Shown one piece after another: positions 26,774 to 40,964 of a DNA stretch of 64,000 nucleotides (position 1 is the stretch's first letter; the number at the start of each line of letters is the position of its first letter). This DNA comes from Trichosphaerium sp. ATCC 40318. Lineage: Eukaryota > Protista > Tubulinea. The stretch is from NCBI GenBank assembly GCA_038496445.1, contig JALMLS010000079.1, forward strand, positions 158,758 to 222,757, read 5' to 3'. The notes beneath the pieces were generated by a model. It saw only the letters and a list, made by a program, of their open reading frames with translations, searched no databases and was not told the origin of the DNA. The position numbers and the translations under genes are program-made.

Positions 26774-28252
26774 ATGCGTATTGTTCTGGTTGTTCTAATG
26801 TATGTACCTTTTTAGTTTTTTTTGAAATTAATCACGTGATAGGTTCGTTTGCTTGGCAAACTGTTGTACGAGCAATACATGGGATGAAAGTCTCCCAAAT
26901 ATGCCAAAAGCGACAGGAGAAGTTGCTGGTGCCGTTATTGGTGATGCCATGTATCTCGCTGGAGAGGTAATTTAGTTAATGAATGCCGTTTGACACAGAA
27001 AACTTTTTTCCATCGAAAAGTCGGTCGAAAAATATTGTTAATTAAACTCCATTTCCTTCAACTTTCTGGGATTTGTTCTCTAACTAGTGTTAGGATAATA
27101 CCGAGACCTTCAAGTTTGATTTCAAGACAAACAAGTGGTCAACTGTAGCAAGCAGAATACACGCTGGTAACCACAACTCGGCTCACGTTATCGATGGTAA
27201 AGTGCTGAAAAAAAATTTCATCCTACTTTTTCTTTGCCTCTTATTTGTCAACTAGGCTTGTGGTATATTGTTGGTGGTATTGACGCCAACTCATATGGTA
27301 CCGTACAGATATACAATACTAAAACGGACACCTGGAAAGAAGGCAAAACGTAAGTGACTTTTCGCTTCGTCAAGTTTTTTTTGTGAGATAATGTGATATC
27401 TTAGCATGCCTTGGGATGGTGGTTCAGTATGCTCTGCCTACATAGATGGTTATATTTACGCTTGTGGAGGTGTTCAAGGCTTTGAGAATGGTCATAAAAG
27501 AGGTGGAACAAACACAACCTCACAATGTGGAAAATATGATGTCGGTACGATTAAACAGATGATTACTACTTGGGCTAAGTTCTATAGCTACTAATTCATG
27601 GACCTACATGAAATCTATGCCATATGGAAGGTAATCAGTACTCAGATATCTAGATAATTAACTAACCGTTTGCTTGAGAAATCACGCTGCAACTACTTCT
27701 GAAGGAGACAAGATGTGGGTTTTTGGTGGAAGAATGGGCGGAAATTATCCTACTAATGGGTACAATACTGTTCAGGTCTATGATCCAAAAACAGATAAGT
27801 GGGAGGTACAAATAATTAAGAGGAAAAAAAAATCACGTGATTTTTTAACCGTTGAAAATAGACAAGCGAAGATCGAGACTCAAAACTCAAACCGTTCCCT
27901 CAAGAAAGAGGTACAACAAAAAACTTCAAGTATTTTTTGTGGTGGCATGTATTTTAACTTGATCAAAGGTGGTATGGGTACAGCAAGGTATGCTAAAAAC
28001 GCAAATGGCGTAGGAGAGTTCTACATATTCGGAGGAGAAACACAAAATGGTAAAAACGCAACGTCTAATTTTGTGTATTCTCGTGTTGACATCTATAATC
28101 CTTCCACCAATTCATGGCGTTCTGGAAAGAATATGCCTCTACCTAGACATGGTATATATCCTCTTCTATACCAAGGTAAACTTTACATTGGTGGTGGAGG
28201 TATTCATCATGGGCATTCGACAACTGATCACTTTGATTCTTACTGCATTTAA
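26774..28252 (+). CDS. Secreted Kelch-repeat beta-propeller protein
   Basis: Spliced signal MRIVLVVLMFVCLANC; Kelch repeats (YIYACGG, MWVFGGR..VQVYDPKTDKW, FYIFGGE..DIYNPSTNSW, LYIGGGG). Confidence 0.85.
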
Positions 28253-28499
28253 AAAAGTTTGTTTTATCATAAATAAACTCAGTCACTTCGCACTTTGTGT
28301 TGCTATTTGAATGACAATAATAGAAAGCACGTGCTTATTGGCGTGGAGTTGCAAACCGACAAAGTCACGTATTACAACAACACCATAATTCGAAGGTAAA
28401 CGCAGTGGAACGAACCTAAGCTTTGCATTGTTTTTTTTCTCGGCGTTGAATTTCGTTGATCGTAAACACGATCTGTGCTTTCACGTACCTTTATACCTC

Positions 28500-30457
28500 A
28501 TGTTTGCCATAGGTACACTTCAAAGCTGCATAGACGTTGTTTCTAATATATTTGTAGGCTCCAAACGGTTACAAGTTCATTTATGCCAAAAACCGCTTCT
28601 AGAGTCGCGCTATACTCTAGCTACGCGTAAACAACGTTATTCATCAACAGGTTCAACCAAAATACAATATTGGCCTCAACCATCGTACGAAACAACATTC
28701 TATTGCGTGTTAATCTATCTCATAGGGTTTTAAAGACGATTGTACGCATTTTCTCTACTCCGCCTAATATTTTCAATTCTATGCTATTCAGAGCAAAGAT
28801 ACTGATGGGTAAGCGCCCGGAAAGCTATTTAAATACCTTCTCACTTTTTTTCTTAATTAAAGGCACCAATCTTTCAGTACATGATCGGATATCCTTTAGA
28901 AAACTTAAAAAAGATAACCAAGTACGTTTTTAAAAGAAAACAAGTCAATGACACCTGTGGAGCGCGTAAAAAAGTTGAGTTCATTTTTTTTGATGAAAAG
29001 TCGCTTTTTTGATTTTTGTGTTCTCTTGACAGTAGTTGCTTAAAATCTTTTTTTTTGCGTTTTTGATTATAAAAGAGAATTGGTTGAGTTTAAAGGAGTA
29101 CATACAAAATAGCTGTGAAGTTAATTATCATTGCTGTGATGATAAAAGACAAAACTAGTTTTGATGACATTTTTTCTGTTTTTTTGACAAAAACCTCACC
29201 CAACACTCAATGTCCTATACTTGTGAACATTTGAATTGCTAATATCGCTTGTAAAAATAGTTTTACTTTAAATAGAGTAGTAGTTTTGACCCTAGTGTTC
29301 GTGATAGCAGCGATTTTTATTTGACTTATAAAATTAAATTTTTGGAAGTTTTTTTTTGGTACTGACTTTGTTTTAGGTCTTTTTGTTTTTTGCTGCTGTG
29401 GTTGTCTTACCAGCTGCAGAGCTTTTATTACTTCCATTAATATATTTTTTTCTTGAATCAATGTATCCAAGCAACATATGGACAACATCATCATGGAAGA
29501 GAATAGCACAAAGAAATATAAAATATAAGCTTAAAATGAAAGAAAATCTCGTCCCTACATTGAACAAGCTTATTACAAAGGAGACAGACAAAAGAAAAGT
29601 ACCCCATGATATCGGCGTGAAACTAAAATACGTCATGGATAAGGTACGTTCCTGCAGTTCACTGAAACAGTAAAAAAACCTTCCTTGGCTTTTTTTAAGA
29701 ATTACATCACGTGACAGTATCTTAGGCTATGTGTGGTGTTAAGCCTTCTCCTGATGATATTCTGGCGTGCAGTAGTGCTTTGAATAATATTAAGTTAGGA
29801 AATTTATCTTGGAAACACCTACAGACGTTGTGCAAGTTTCAGAGGTAACATCTTATTTTTTTTGTATTCTTGATTTGAAAATAGAGTTTTTTTCGCACTC
29901 ACTTGTATAACGTAGGCAATTAGTAGCTCTTCCAATAAAGCCTGTTATGGTGTACTACTTGAATAAGAACTTGAGGGAACTCAAAGTGATTGATGAGGTT
30001 AGGACTTTGCTTCTTTTTACAAAAGATCATTTTTAGCGCTCTCGTTCTACCTTCGACTTAAACTTATTAGATGTTGATTGAACCTCTACCAGTAGACGAG
30101 GAAGGTGGTGATAAAGAAGATAAAGACGACAAGGAGAATGAAGCTAAACCAGTAAACGAGGAAGGCGGCGATAAAACACATTTAGATGAGCTTTGTTTTG
30201 AAGAACTTCAAATGCTTGCGATGGACAGACAGTTTGTGAATACTTATAAGAATTCAGGCGAAATAAGAAAAGAACTTACTGAGTATATAAAACTATCTCA
30301 AGCAAAGGCACCAGATGGATCTTCTTTATCAAATTCTTCAATGATGTTGTATGCTCTTTTAGTGAATATCTCTAAAATGACAAAAGACAAAAAACAAGAG
30401 CAACAACAAGCAAAAGAAAAAGATCAACCAAAAGAAGAAAAATATAAAATGAAATAA
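28500..30457 (+). CDS. LETM1/Mdm38-like mitochondrial inner membrane protein (divergent; start uncertain)
   Basis: VVVLPAAELLLLPLIYFFLESMYPSNIW resembles the LETM1 TM motif (IIVPFxEFLLP..FPNMLPSTF). LGNLSWKHLQTLCKF and LRELKVIDEML..DELCFEELQMLAMDR follow. The N-terminus is Arg/Ser-rich and presequence-like. Confidence 0.7.
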
Positions 30458-30625
30458 AAAATCGACCAGATTTTGAGTTGTAGGGGATTATGTCTTATGT
30501 AAACTATATTATTATAATTTTCTATGTTAATACAAATCTTTAGATGAGCGTTTTTGATGATACCACTGAGTTGTGGAAATCAGTTTAGGCTAAAGGGCTT
30601 AAGTTGTTTTTCAATTTTGAAAATG

Positions 30626-32173
30626 TTAAGGACCGTCATATCGTCCTTTAACTGATTCTGGTGTCTCATCTGTCATAATTGTAGGATTATTTTCCATGTG
30701 TTTACGTAATGAGATGCTCCTAAAACTCAATTATTTTATTTTCGGTAAAGATGGAGGTAGCAAAAGCATCAAAACAAAACAGTTTTTTTCATTTTTGCGA
30801 GAGAAAAAATTACCTGTCAGATAAAACAGTCGTGTCAAGGAAATTATCTCCTAGACCTAACTTTATAGCTGATAACATGCAATGTTTTAAATAAGCTCGG
30901 CAAGGTAATACATCACTATTCCAAACTTGTGTTATGCCATACCTATTTTTGATAAAAAATGAGAATTAGAAAAAAATAAGAATGAAACGAATCATTTTTG
31001 ACACATTGTGACACATTGCGACATTGTAATGTTTTTTTTCTAGTCCCAAAAAATCCCAATGAGGGTGGGTACGCCAAAATCAATAGCATTTTCGCTTCTT
31101 TACAAATGACGAAAGGTAGAGGATGGATAGATAAAAAACAGAAAAAACTAAGAAAATAAAAAAATTGCTGTTGAATGGCGTACTGCCCGTATCGCTCATT
31201 CCATTCTTCTTTTGTAAGTAATTTACGTAGATTTTCATTTGTATTACATAAACACATTGTTGCTAATATAATTTTAGCGAGTTATGGGTATGAATGACGC
31301 TGGTAGAAAAAAAAGACTAATGGATGTTTACCTTTTATACCCATAGGTTTTCCTTCAAGTGTAAGTGGCTCTACTTCTACAAAATTATACTCCCTTTCTC
31401 TATAGTAAAAGTCTTCCATTTTTTCCTTGATAAAATAAGATAAACAACAACAATCCACCGTGTTTCTCTACTTGAAATTCACGTGCAACAAAAAAAAAAC
31501 AGAAAAAAAGCAACTTTTTGCACATGTGATGGCAGAATCTGAAATCACGTGCAATGTTGCGTGAAAAAAAACCTTCAAGTTTTATTGAGAACTTTTAAAT
31601 GCTTGTAAACGATGTCTTAATCATGTTTACGCTGTTTAAAGACAAGAACAACACAATACTTGGGTGACATCACATTTTTGGAAAGAATTCGTTTAAACGT
31701 ACTATTGGGATTTCAAATATCGTCACGCCTATTCTAACACCTTCAAAACGTTCTACGCTAAGGCTTGCTACCTCCTAAATAAGATTTTAAGTGTTTTTTC
31801 AACGAAAAGCTTTATTTTGGATATAATTGAGCGCAGTCGCGTTGATTTAAGCTGTACCTTCGTTTCGCGCCTGGCGATCTTTACTTTGTGAAAAAACCCG
31901 GGCTGATGCGCAAAAATCCGCCTGTACCCTTCCACGTAACCAACACTACTGCGGTTAGCGATTACGGGTATGGAAAACGCGCTCTACCGAAACTACACCA
32001 AACTTTAGACTAAACCCGTTAAAAGTACTTCGTACATTTTTAAGATACGGGAAAGTGCCTCTAGAAGATCTCTCTACAAAACTAGTGTTAATTGACGTTT
32101 CAGAAGTTACAAAAGCCAACAAACCAGATAATAAGCTACCATAGCCTACAATAGACTTCCACTTAGTTGACAT
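30626..32173 (-). CDS. Gamma-glutamylcyclotransferase (GGCT/AIG2)-like protein
   Basis: MSTKWKSIVGYGSLLS (GYGSL motif), EDFYYREREY, VLPCRAYLKHC..NFLDTTVLSDR across about 9 exons. Confidence 0.75.
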
Positions 32174-32679
32174 TTGACGCGTATTCACGAAGAAATGACG
32201 TTATTGTCGGTGGGTCAACTATTTTCATAGTGGGCTTTTCTTCCATAATTAGTCTCAATGACAAACGTTTGCCGACCCTTGATTGCTTAAAGGTGTTCAC
32301 AATATTAAAGGTACCTTGGTGGAGGTGTCAAAGTACTGAAAGGTGTTAATACTAGTCAGCTAATGGTGGTTTGATTAAAGCAAAGATATCTTGTCTAGGA
32401 TAAAAAACTTGAGAGTTACTTGGCCTGGCTTGTTTAGTACTACTGGCCACAATTATGCGCTATAACAGTTGAACCCATGCAATATAATCCAGTAGTGGTA
32501 ATTAAAGCCGGCCATGTGCGCAAAAAAGAGGGCAACTAGTTGAACTTTATTCTGTTACAACCATTCTTTTCCATTTTCGACGCAACAGTATTCGAGTGTA
32601 GGACTCAATTTCGAAACATTATTTACCCCAGTTAAGAATACATTTACAGAGCACAATGAAGGTAGTTCAGCAATATAGT

Positions 32680-34809
32680 TTACACCCTATGATTAAGTGT
32701 CAAACACTCAAATTTCGAAGAAAAATATGTACGTACAACATGAGTTATATTTTGGTTGAATGAAAGGTTTAGACGGATCAAGGTCTTCATAGGTAACAGC
32801 AATTTGACATTAGTATCTTCTAAACGATTACAAGAAACATTTAAGTTCGTAATGTTTTGGCAGGAGGCAATTTGAGTCAACTGTGAAGGGAGAATAGCTC
32901 CATAACTGACATCTAACTCTTGAAGAGTTTTGATTTCATTAAGGAATGAAATATCACCATCAACAGCTGCTGTTGTACCAGATACATTGAGCCCTTTCAA
33001 CCGTTTGCTATTCTTAAGGTACTTCAAGTCGCTTAGATGAAAGTTTGTGCGATGTAAATCCAAGTGCTCAACATCTAAGAATAAATAAGCAAGACATTGA
33101 ATTTCCAAGAAAAAAAAAGTACCAAATTGAGCTAAATGCTCTTTTTCTTCATCTGTTAAGTTACAATTGGATATTTCTAGAACTTGTATAGTCATCATCC
33201 AGACCGCCAATTGTTTCAAATCAGGTAAGGTAGTATCAGAAAAGTGGAGTTCCCTGCAAGAAAAATAAATGAAAAATTGCGAAACACAAAAAAAAAACTA
33301 AAAAACCACGTACGTCAGTGTCAGCTTATCCCAGTTGACTATGTTGGATATCTGTCTGATTTTGGAAAGAGAAAACTTTGTTATATTAGGAACCTTAGTT
33401 AGGTCAAATAGACACGTGTTTCCAATTAATTCAAACTCTTTGAGGTCGTTCAAAACAAAAGCTTTATCTTCATGATGTGGAACTCGTGCACCCTCATCGA
33501 TAGGCAAGAAAGACTTTATAGTAAGCCGTGTTAGATTCTTTACGTTTTCTAGAACCTTTTCAATGGGTTTTCCTTTCGGTACAGGCATAACAACCTCAGT
33601 CAATCCAACAAAAGGTAAATATGCTTCAATAGCCTCATCAACAATTTTTGCTCCATACGCAAGTTTCTTTAAGTTGACAAGAGATTCGAGCGGCCTCAGT
33701 GAATCTATACGCACGTGATCCATAAGAAGTGTCTACAAAGTATAGATTGAGAAAAATGTAATAAAATCATCGCTAGTTCAAGCACGTGCTTGGACACCAA
33801 AGACAAAAAAAAAACCCAAGAAATAAGTACCTCAAGCTGAGTCATTTTTGCCAAATCAGGAAGACATCCATTACCAAGTCTAAAGCAACGTGACATGTTT
33901 AAGCTAGTGAGATTTTCGAGCTTGCATATTTCTTTTATCGATTTATTAGATATGCAATATGATGACGAAATATCTAATGTATGCAGGTGGGAAAAGTCCT
34001 AAAAAAAAATCATGTCAAATGCAAATAATATAAAAAAAAAACTAAAGCCAGCTGCACATGGCCAATGCTTTTAAAGTCAAAATGCCAATGATGGCTGCGC
34101 TGCAACTGATATTAAGGAAGTCTAGGTTACAGCTACTACGCCAAAACGCCGTAAAGAAGACTAGATTATAACAAGTTCAGTTTTGTTCATTTTAATGAAG
34201 TATAGATGACCTACTACGCATAGAAAGAGCAGTGGGCATACTATCGAGTACGTTTTAAATATTTTGATGAGACGCAAAGTTTTCAAAAAGCGTGTTTGTT
34301 TTCAAGAGTACGAGACCTTTTTGTCTACAAAACAGCGATGCAAGGACGTATCGGCGAGAAAAAAATCGTACCAAGATTTTGCTCATGACTCTGTCTGCCA
34401 AGTTACGTTCGCAACCTGCAATGTTAAGCATTTTGAGCTCAGTATTACACCTATAAGGGCTTATTAGACGCAGTTTCAATGCAGATTTTTTTATAGAGCG
34501 TGAATCAGTTCAAACGATATACTACCTTGTAAATATGGACTCTACAGTGGTTGTATTGAGGTTACAGTCTGAAAAGTTTAAACCGCGTCGAAAATAGAAA
34601 CAACTGTTGTGAAGCTCGTAACAGGCAGCTCCTACGCTGTGGGTTGCGTTAGCACCTATGAAGACAAAATTGTGTTTAATCGCGTACTTTCCAAGCGCAA
34701 GAGGAGATAGATACTCAAAAACTTGCGCCCACAGCTCCGGAACAAGCACTTGCCAGCATGACCCTGATCGGGGTGTTTGATTATCAACGCTTGTAGACAA
34801 CTCAGCCAT
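32680..34809 (-). CDS. F-box + leucine-rich repeat protein, multi-exon
   Basis: F-box LVPELWAQVFEYLSPLAL; many LxxLxLS repeats in ORFs 32680, 33298, 33705 and 34255. Confidence 0.8.
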
Positions 34810-35510
34810 TTGCGTAGTTCAGGCGTTAGAAAGAATATTTTGTAGAAAAGTGTGGACACAAAGTCTTAACGAAAATTGATGAAAAACTCACTCTTCACAG
34901 AACCAATGAACGCTGTTTGGGTTGCTGTTGCGTTAGACGCCGTAAATAAATGCTTAGAAACATCTAAAGCTACAGTGGAAACTAGTAAACCCTTTTAACT
35001 TTATTTTTCGCTAAAACCTTTCCAGTGCTTTCTACTTACCTCCCACCTTTGTTTTAACGATGAAACATCAACACGAGATACTAACGAGAATTAGATTTAA
35101 GACGAGATTTCGTCTTTAATCCCAGAGAGCGCTTTTCCGCCATAGGTTATAAAGAAGCGAAAAAAACACTACAAAGTATCTCAAACGTTAGTTACAAAAT
35201 CCAAATTATGTTTTGAGTGATAAACAATTGAAAGAAGCTACAACACAAAGATTGCCCTTTTTTTGGATAGAAACTACGTCACTCTGAAACGCCTCGATTT
35301 TTAAACTAACGTGCTATGAGTACTCGACACTTTGATTCTGGCATGCACTTTTCTCAAGTGTTACAAGCGCTTGTAAAACGTTTTAAGTCATTCTGAAAGG
35401 GTTTTTCTTTTGTAATGCAAGTACCACAGTTCGGTTGTGAGTTAAATTAACACGTCACGAGTATACTCTGCAGGCTTAAGCCTTTAAGTTGTTTTTTAAA
35501 CTGCTAAACG

Positions 35511-37934
35511 ATGAGAGTAGCTGTATTGCTCTCGTTTTCGTTATGTTTATGGCTAACTCTTGGGGTACGCCACGTGACTAAACATTTAAAGATAACGTTA
35601 AATAAAAAAGATTCAAACGGTGCCCAAGGCGGATAAACCACCTAATATCCTTTATTTGATGTCTGACGACATGAGTACGTATATTAGCTACTTTCTTCTA
35701 GCTGTTTAACATGGTTCACACTTGACTAGGGCCAGAGTTGGGCTGTTACGGTCACCCGTTTATAAAATCGCCTAATATCGACTCTCTTGCTGCTAGCGGT
35801 CTACAGTTTGATTTTGCTTACACCAACTTTGCGTATTGTGCGCCTTCAAGAAATTCTTTCCTTAGCGGAAGAAGGTACGTTGGTTGATCACGTGACTAGT
35901 CATTTTAAAGGAGAAGAATAAAAAAGTTTTTTTTTGTTGACGAAATGTAGGCCAGATAGAACACGTGCGTTGAACTTTCTTACTACTTTTCGTAAGAGAC
36001 CTGGTGGAGAGTCATGGACGGCTATGCCGCAGTTCTTCAAAGAAAAGGGATACTTCACTTCGTCAGCAGGCACAATTACTAAAAAGAAGAACAAGTTTTC
36101 ATTTTCGTTTGCTTAACTTTTTTCTCATGACTTACAGGTAAGATTTATCATGATGGTATGGACGACCCTAAGAGTTGGAGTTATCCAAGTAACCAAACTA
36201 AATGGATACAGTGCCAAGAAGGTGATATGAAGGATCCTTTCGGCAATTATTGTGGTCTTACAAATTCGTCAAAATTAAAGTACTTTCACGCTTATACGTG
36301 TAAAAATAATCTTTTTATTAAGGTACACAGATGAAGATCTTACCCTAGAGGCTGGTTTGAAGAGGATGGAACTTGCTCACCAATCCGGTACTATCATTAA
36401 AATCACTCACAATAACAATATTAACGAAAAAAATAGGAAAACCATGGTGGGTTTCTATCGGCGTTCATAGGCCACATACACATTACAGGTACATTACTTT
36501 TAACGCTCTCAGTTCTGAAAAGTATTAGAGTACCAGAGGGATTCTATGGCACTGAATTATATCCAGGCAAGTATCCGTGAATCCAAAATTAAAAAAATAA
36601 CATATTTAAAAGGAAGTATTGTGAAACCGCCTCAACACCCTGGAGCACCAATAGTAAGACATATATTGGAATAGAAACATACCCACATTTGTTATAGAAC
36701 GCACCTTGGATGTCAGGAAATTGGTATGGCGGAGATATTGGTGACAAAGCTCATGGATGCCCAACCTGTATCATACCTGATGATAGAGCTGACAACTACA
36801 GGCGATGGTGTGTAACTTATGTAGTTCGATAATATCTTATATTGGAACTAGGTACTATGCTGCTGTAACATGGGCAGATCATAATCTAGGCATGGCACTT
36901 AAAAAACTAGAGGAATTTGGTGTTGAAGACAACACTATTGTTGTACGCCGTTTGAACACATAAGAGTTTAATTTACTTCTTTCATCATAACGTCGTTAAA
37001 TGCCATTGTAAATAGGTTTTCCATGCTGATCATGGATATCAACTCGGAGAGCTAAATGAGTGGTCAAAGAAAACAAATACAGAACTAGCAGTACATATTC
37101 CTTTGATTATTCGTGTACCTTGGAAGAAAGAATCAATTGGAAAAAGGACAAAAGTAAAAGCTGAGCTCATTGATATGTACAAGTACGACCCTATCTGTTA
37201 GCTTAAAATACGAGTCGTATCTGTCTAATGTAACATTAAAAAGAACTTTGGCTGAGCTTACAGGACTCGGTGAAGTAGAAGAAGGCGTTCAAGGCACTTC
37301 CTTGGCAAAAGTTTTCGATGATCCTGAGACTCTTCCTTCTGATCTTCAAACTAAACGTGCATACTCTCAAATTGGTCGTTGTGGATGCGAATTCTATGTA
37401 AAGTAAGTATTGAATAACTAACACGTGACAAAGTAACACAAGCGCCAAGCTGTTCTGATTATTTTATTTATTCTATTTTTTACCATGAACAATCTGTTGG
37501 CACTCGGCTTATACTTTTAGGTATGGTGTGAAAGAATGTGATCGTGGCGCATGTGCTTCAGTACCTCTAGCTGAGTTTGATTTTATGGGATACACAATGA
37601 GGACTAATGATGTACTTTTATAACCTTATTCAAGATATCTTTTCTTAAAGCATTTAATCTTTATGTTAGTGGCGTTTCACAACATGGGTCGCTTGGGATA
37701 ATACAACTATGAAAGTAGATTGGTCTAAAACAGCAGCAAACGTACGCTATAAATACCAAGAGAGAGAAATTAATGACAAAAATTCTTTAGGAATTGTATG
37801 ACTTGAGGAACGACACAGGACGTAACTTTGATGCACCAAACTACTCTTTGAATGTTGCTGGAGAACCTCAATATGCCAGCTTGGTAGCTCAGTTCTATGA
37901 GGAACTCAAGGCTAGTGTTAATACATGGTATTAA
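35511..37934 (+). CDS. Secreted formylglycine-type sulfatase, iduronate-2-sulfatase-like (~15 introns)
   Basis: PNILYLMSDDMRPELGCYG, CAPSRNSFLSGRRPD (CxPxR), GKIYH, GVHRPH, FHADHGYQLGE..WSKKTN, ELYDL; signal peptide present. Confidence 0.93.
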
Positions 37935-38039
37935 TAAACACACGGAAAAGTTTCACTGAAAACTTTTATCACGTGGTAACTGAAATAGGTGTCTTGTTAG
38001 CCTTTTAGTTTTTGTGTTTTTTTCGTTTATTTTTTAGTG

Positions 38040-40683
38040 TTACAATTCTTCAAGTGGTTCAAGTTGAATATTATTCTCATCTTGAATGTTAAGATCGTCG
38101 TCATCTGAGATATCAAACATTGCTACAGTCTGAAAAGAAACATGTTCTCTCTTCATTTTGTCGTTAACTTGTTTACTCCTTAATAATATAGCAAGTACTA
38201 AGCCAATAAAGCAAATACAACTTGTTATCGCGAAAGTGATACGAAAGCATTTAGCTCCTAGAAACAAACGAAGTTTAGTTGGGTTTTTTTTCTTGTTTTT
38301 TTCTGATGGAAAGTCACGTGCCATAACAATGTTTCAATGTTCCTAGGTTCCCGCTAACACTTACCCAGTTATACTTTTTATAATAATCACTTATATTACC
38401 AGCTACAGCAGTAGCTAGAATCTCAGCACCAACACCTGGAGCAACGCCAAGAAATCCAAAATTTGCTCCAAAGTTTTTTAAACCAAATAAATCTGTTGTT
38501 ATTGTGGGCCTAGAATAACATCAATATCACGTGATAGTTAGCATAAACATACAACACACAAAAGAATCCACCATACGCAAACCCTTTTGAATAATGTGTT
38601 AGAATAATAAAGAAGGACATGCGTACCAAGGAAGCTGATGCAAAAGTACATCATAGGAATCTGTATGCAAAAATGTTAAAACAAGATTGAGATATTATCG
38701 TCTTCATACCGTTGCATAAATAAATGATAACTGAGCTAATAGTATCCCAAATGTTACTATAACAAGCCAATTACTCCTGACATAGGTCAAATATCTATCA
38801 GATAGTATACCAACCTAGAAAACATAAGATAGATATCGAACAAAAAAAAAAATCATACCGTCATACGCCCCAGTGTGTTGAATACCGAAAACAATGAAAC
38901 AAATGTTAATGTCGCTTTTGATAGGTCCTCTTGTTTTATAGGTTCTCTAGAAGGAATATCATTACAAAAACTTTCTTCGAAGGAGCTGTAGGCTTACACA
39001 TTTTGAGAAGGCAAATTTGTATCTCGAGATATTACCACTTCAGCAAGGTTGTTTAGAATTGCCATTGAAGCTCCAAGAGATCTTTACACACACGTGTTAT
39101 TATAATTTTTTGTATCACATGGTCGTACCCTAATGCAATAAAAAATAAAAGCCACATCTCTGGCGTCTTGAGAGCTTGGAGAAGATTAAGTTCTCTCTGA
39201 TCACTTTCTTCAATTTTGTCATCATTTTTCTCTTTAAGCTTTGATTTGACAAACAGAGGTTTTGTGCCGATTGGAATAAACTGGAAGCATCCTAATATAA
39301 CTATAACAACTATACCAACTGACACAGATGCTATAAAGATAATTAAACTACAGTAAACAAGAGAAAAATTTAAAACGTTTACCCCAACATGTTTTGTTTG
39401 GATCGCATTTAAGATTTGCTATCTTAACAGTTAACATCCTTATTCAAGTATACAATAAATTTACCTTCCATAAGACTACCACCAAATAAAACAGTTATTA
39501 ATACACCTCCGATACCATATGTTCCATAAAACCTTGCACGTGTTGAGGTTGTATTTATTTTAGTTTTTGAGTTTTGAAACCCAGAAAAAAAGCCTAGTTT
39601 AGTTAACTTGAGTAAGTGAAAGTAGGTTCATCGTGCCTGCAACAAGAGAGACAAGAGTATGTACAACACCAAGAAACAAGAAAAATCTCGTAATGTTTGG
39701 GGCAAAGAAACTTCTGTATAGTTGTGTGTACTACAAACTTTGATAAGAAAAAAGCTCAAACTCAAAAAGTTGCTACGAGACAAGATTCCGCAACTTTGCT
39801 ACGTACAATACCAGAGCACATTGCGAAAACACTAGCCAGAAATCCCACAACCTATAGTAAATATTAATTACCGAGACAATCAAGAAAGTTGAGTAGAAAC
39901 AACGTACTTGACCTTTATGTTCCCTGTCAAAATTTGAAATACTTGTATTCAGGGCAATAATATAAAGATAAGAAGATCCCTGCCCAACAAGAAGAGCAAA
40001 GAAGCCAAATACAAGCGGAGGTACTTTTATAACACCTGATGAAGTCAAGTACATGAGTGTGTAACTTGGTCACGTGTCAGAAACATCCCAAGACAAATAA
40101 AAAATAACCTTACCCAACACCTATCAAAGTAGTAGAAACAAGAGTCGTAAGTCTAGGACCATAGCGATCATATCTTGATTATCACGTGAGCAATTTTTTT
40201 TTTCAAAGTTGGTAACAATAAGACTTACAATAATCCACCTATAATTGCGCACCAAGAACCAAACTGTAGCAGGGTGCCGATCCTTGAAAAAGTCAACTTG
40301 TGCTGATTTTTTGATCGTCTTGTTTGTCGCTTACCTGTCAATGTCTGACGTTTTAGATAGGTGCAGATTGTCACGTAGGTCCAGGGAGTACGCTGGGAAC
40401 ATGTACATTGTACCTGCAATGCTCATAAGGTAAGCTCCGGCTATAAATGTCTAAATATCGTTTTATTAGCTTCTTACGCATGAATATTCGCGTTGAAGGC
40501 CCTAAAATGCACACGGGCTAAACCATGTAGTAATTTTGTATGTTTGTTTAAAAAAATGACTGTAAAGCATTTCTAACGCCAAATTAGAGCGTTTGTGATG
40601 CTTTGTTCACTGTAACAGTTTTGATGAAGCATATAACAGTAATAAAAGCTATAACGTACCTGCCACTGATTGAACCGCCACAT
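38040..40683 (-). CDS. MFS transporter, nodulin-like (NFD4/MCH1-type)
   Basis: AGTMYMFPAYS, YDRYGPRLT, NTSISNFDREHKGQVVGFL, FSVFNTLGRM..G.LSDRY, DLFGLKNFGANFGFL; multiple TM helices. Confidence 0.85.
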
Positions 40684-40964
40684 TTTGCGACGTTAACTCG
40701 CGTTCGCACTGTTGTCGCTTAACTTTCGCGATTTCTGACTTAAAATCGCTTTAAAGCGTCCTTTATTCCTTCACCTGCCGGATCTTATTCCCCTGTCCAA
40801 AGACAATCTATTGGTGACCTTCTAAGGTATCGTGTCAAGTGTTGACGTTTCAAAAAATAATAAAGTTCAGGCGTTTATTTACTGTTTTCGCGTACACCTT
40901 TAACCTTTTAATGACGGTTTTAACAATTTTAGATACTCCAAGTAGCTCTAAAGAATTTTAGGGA

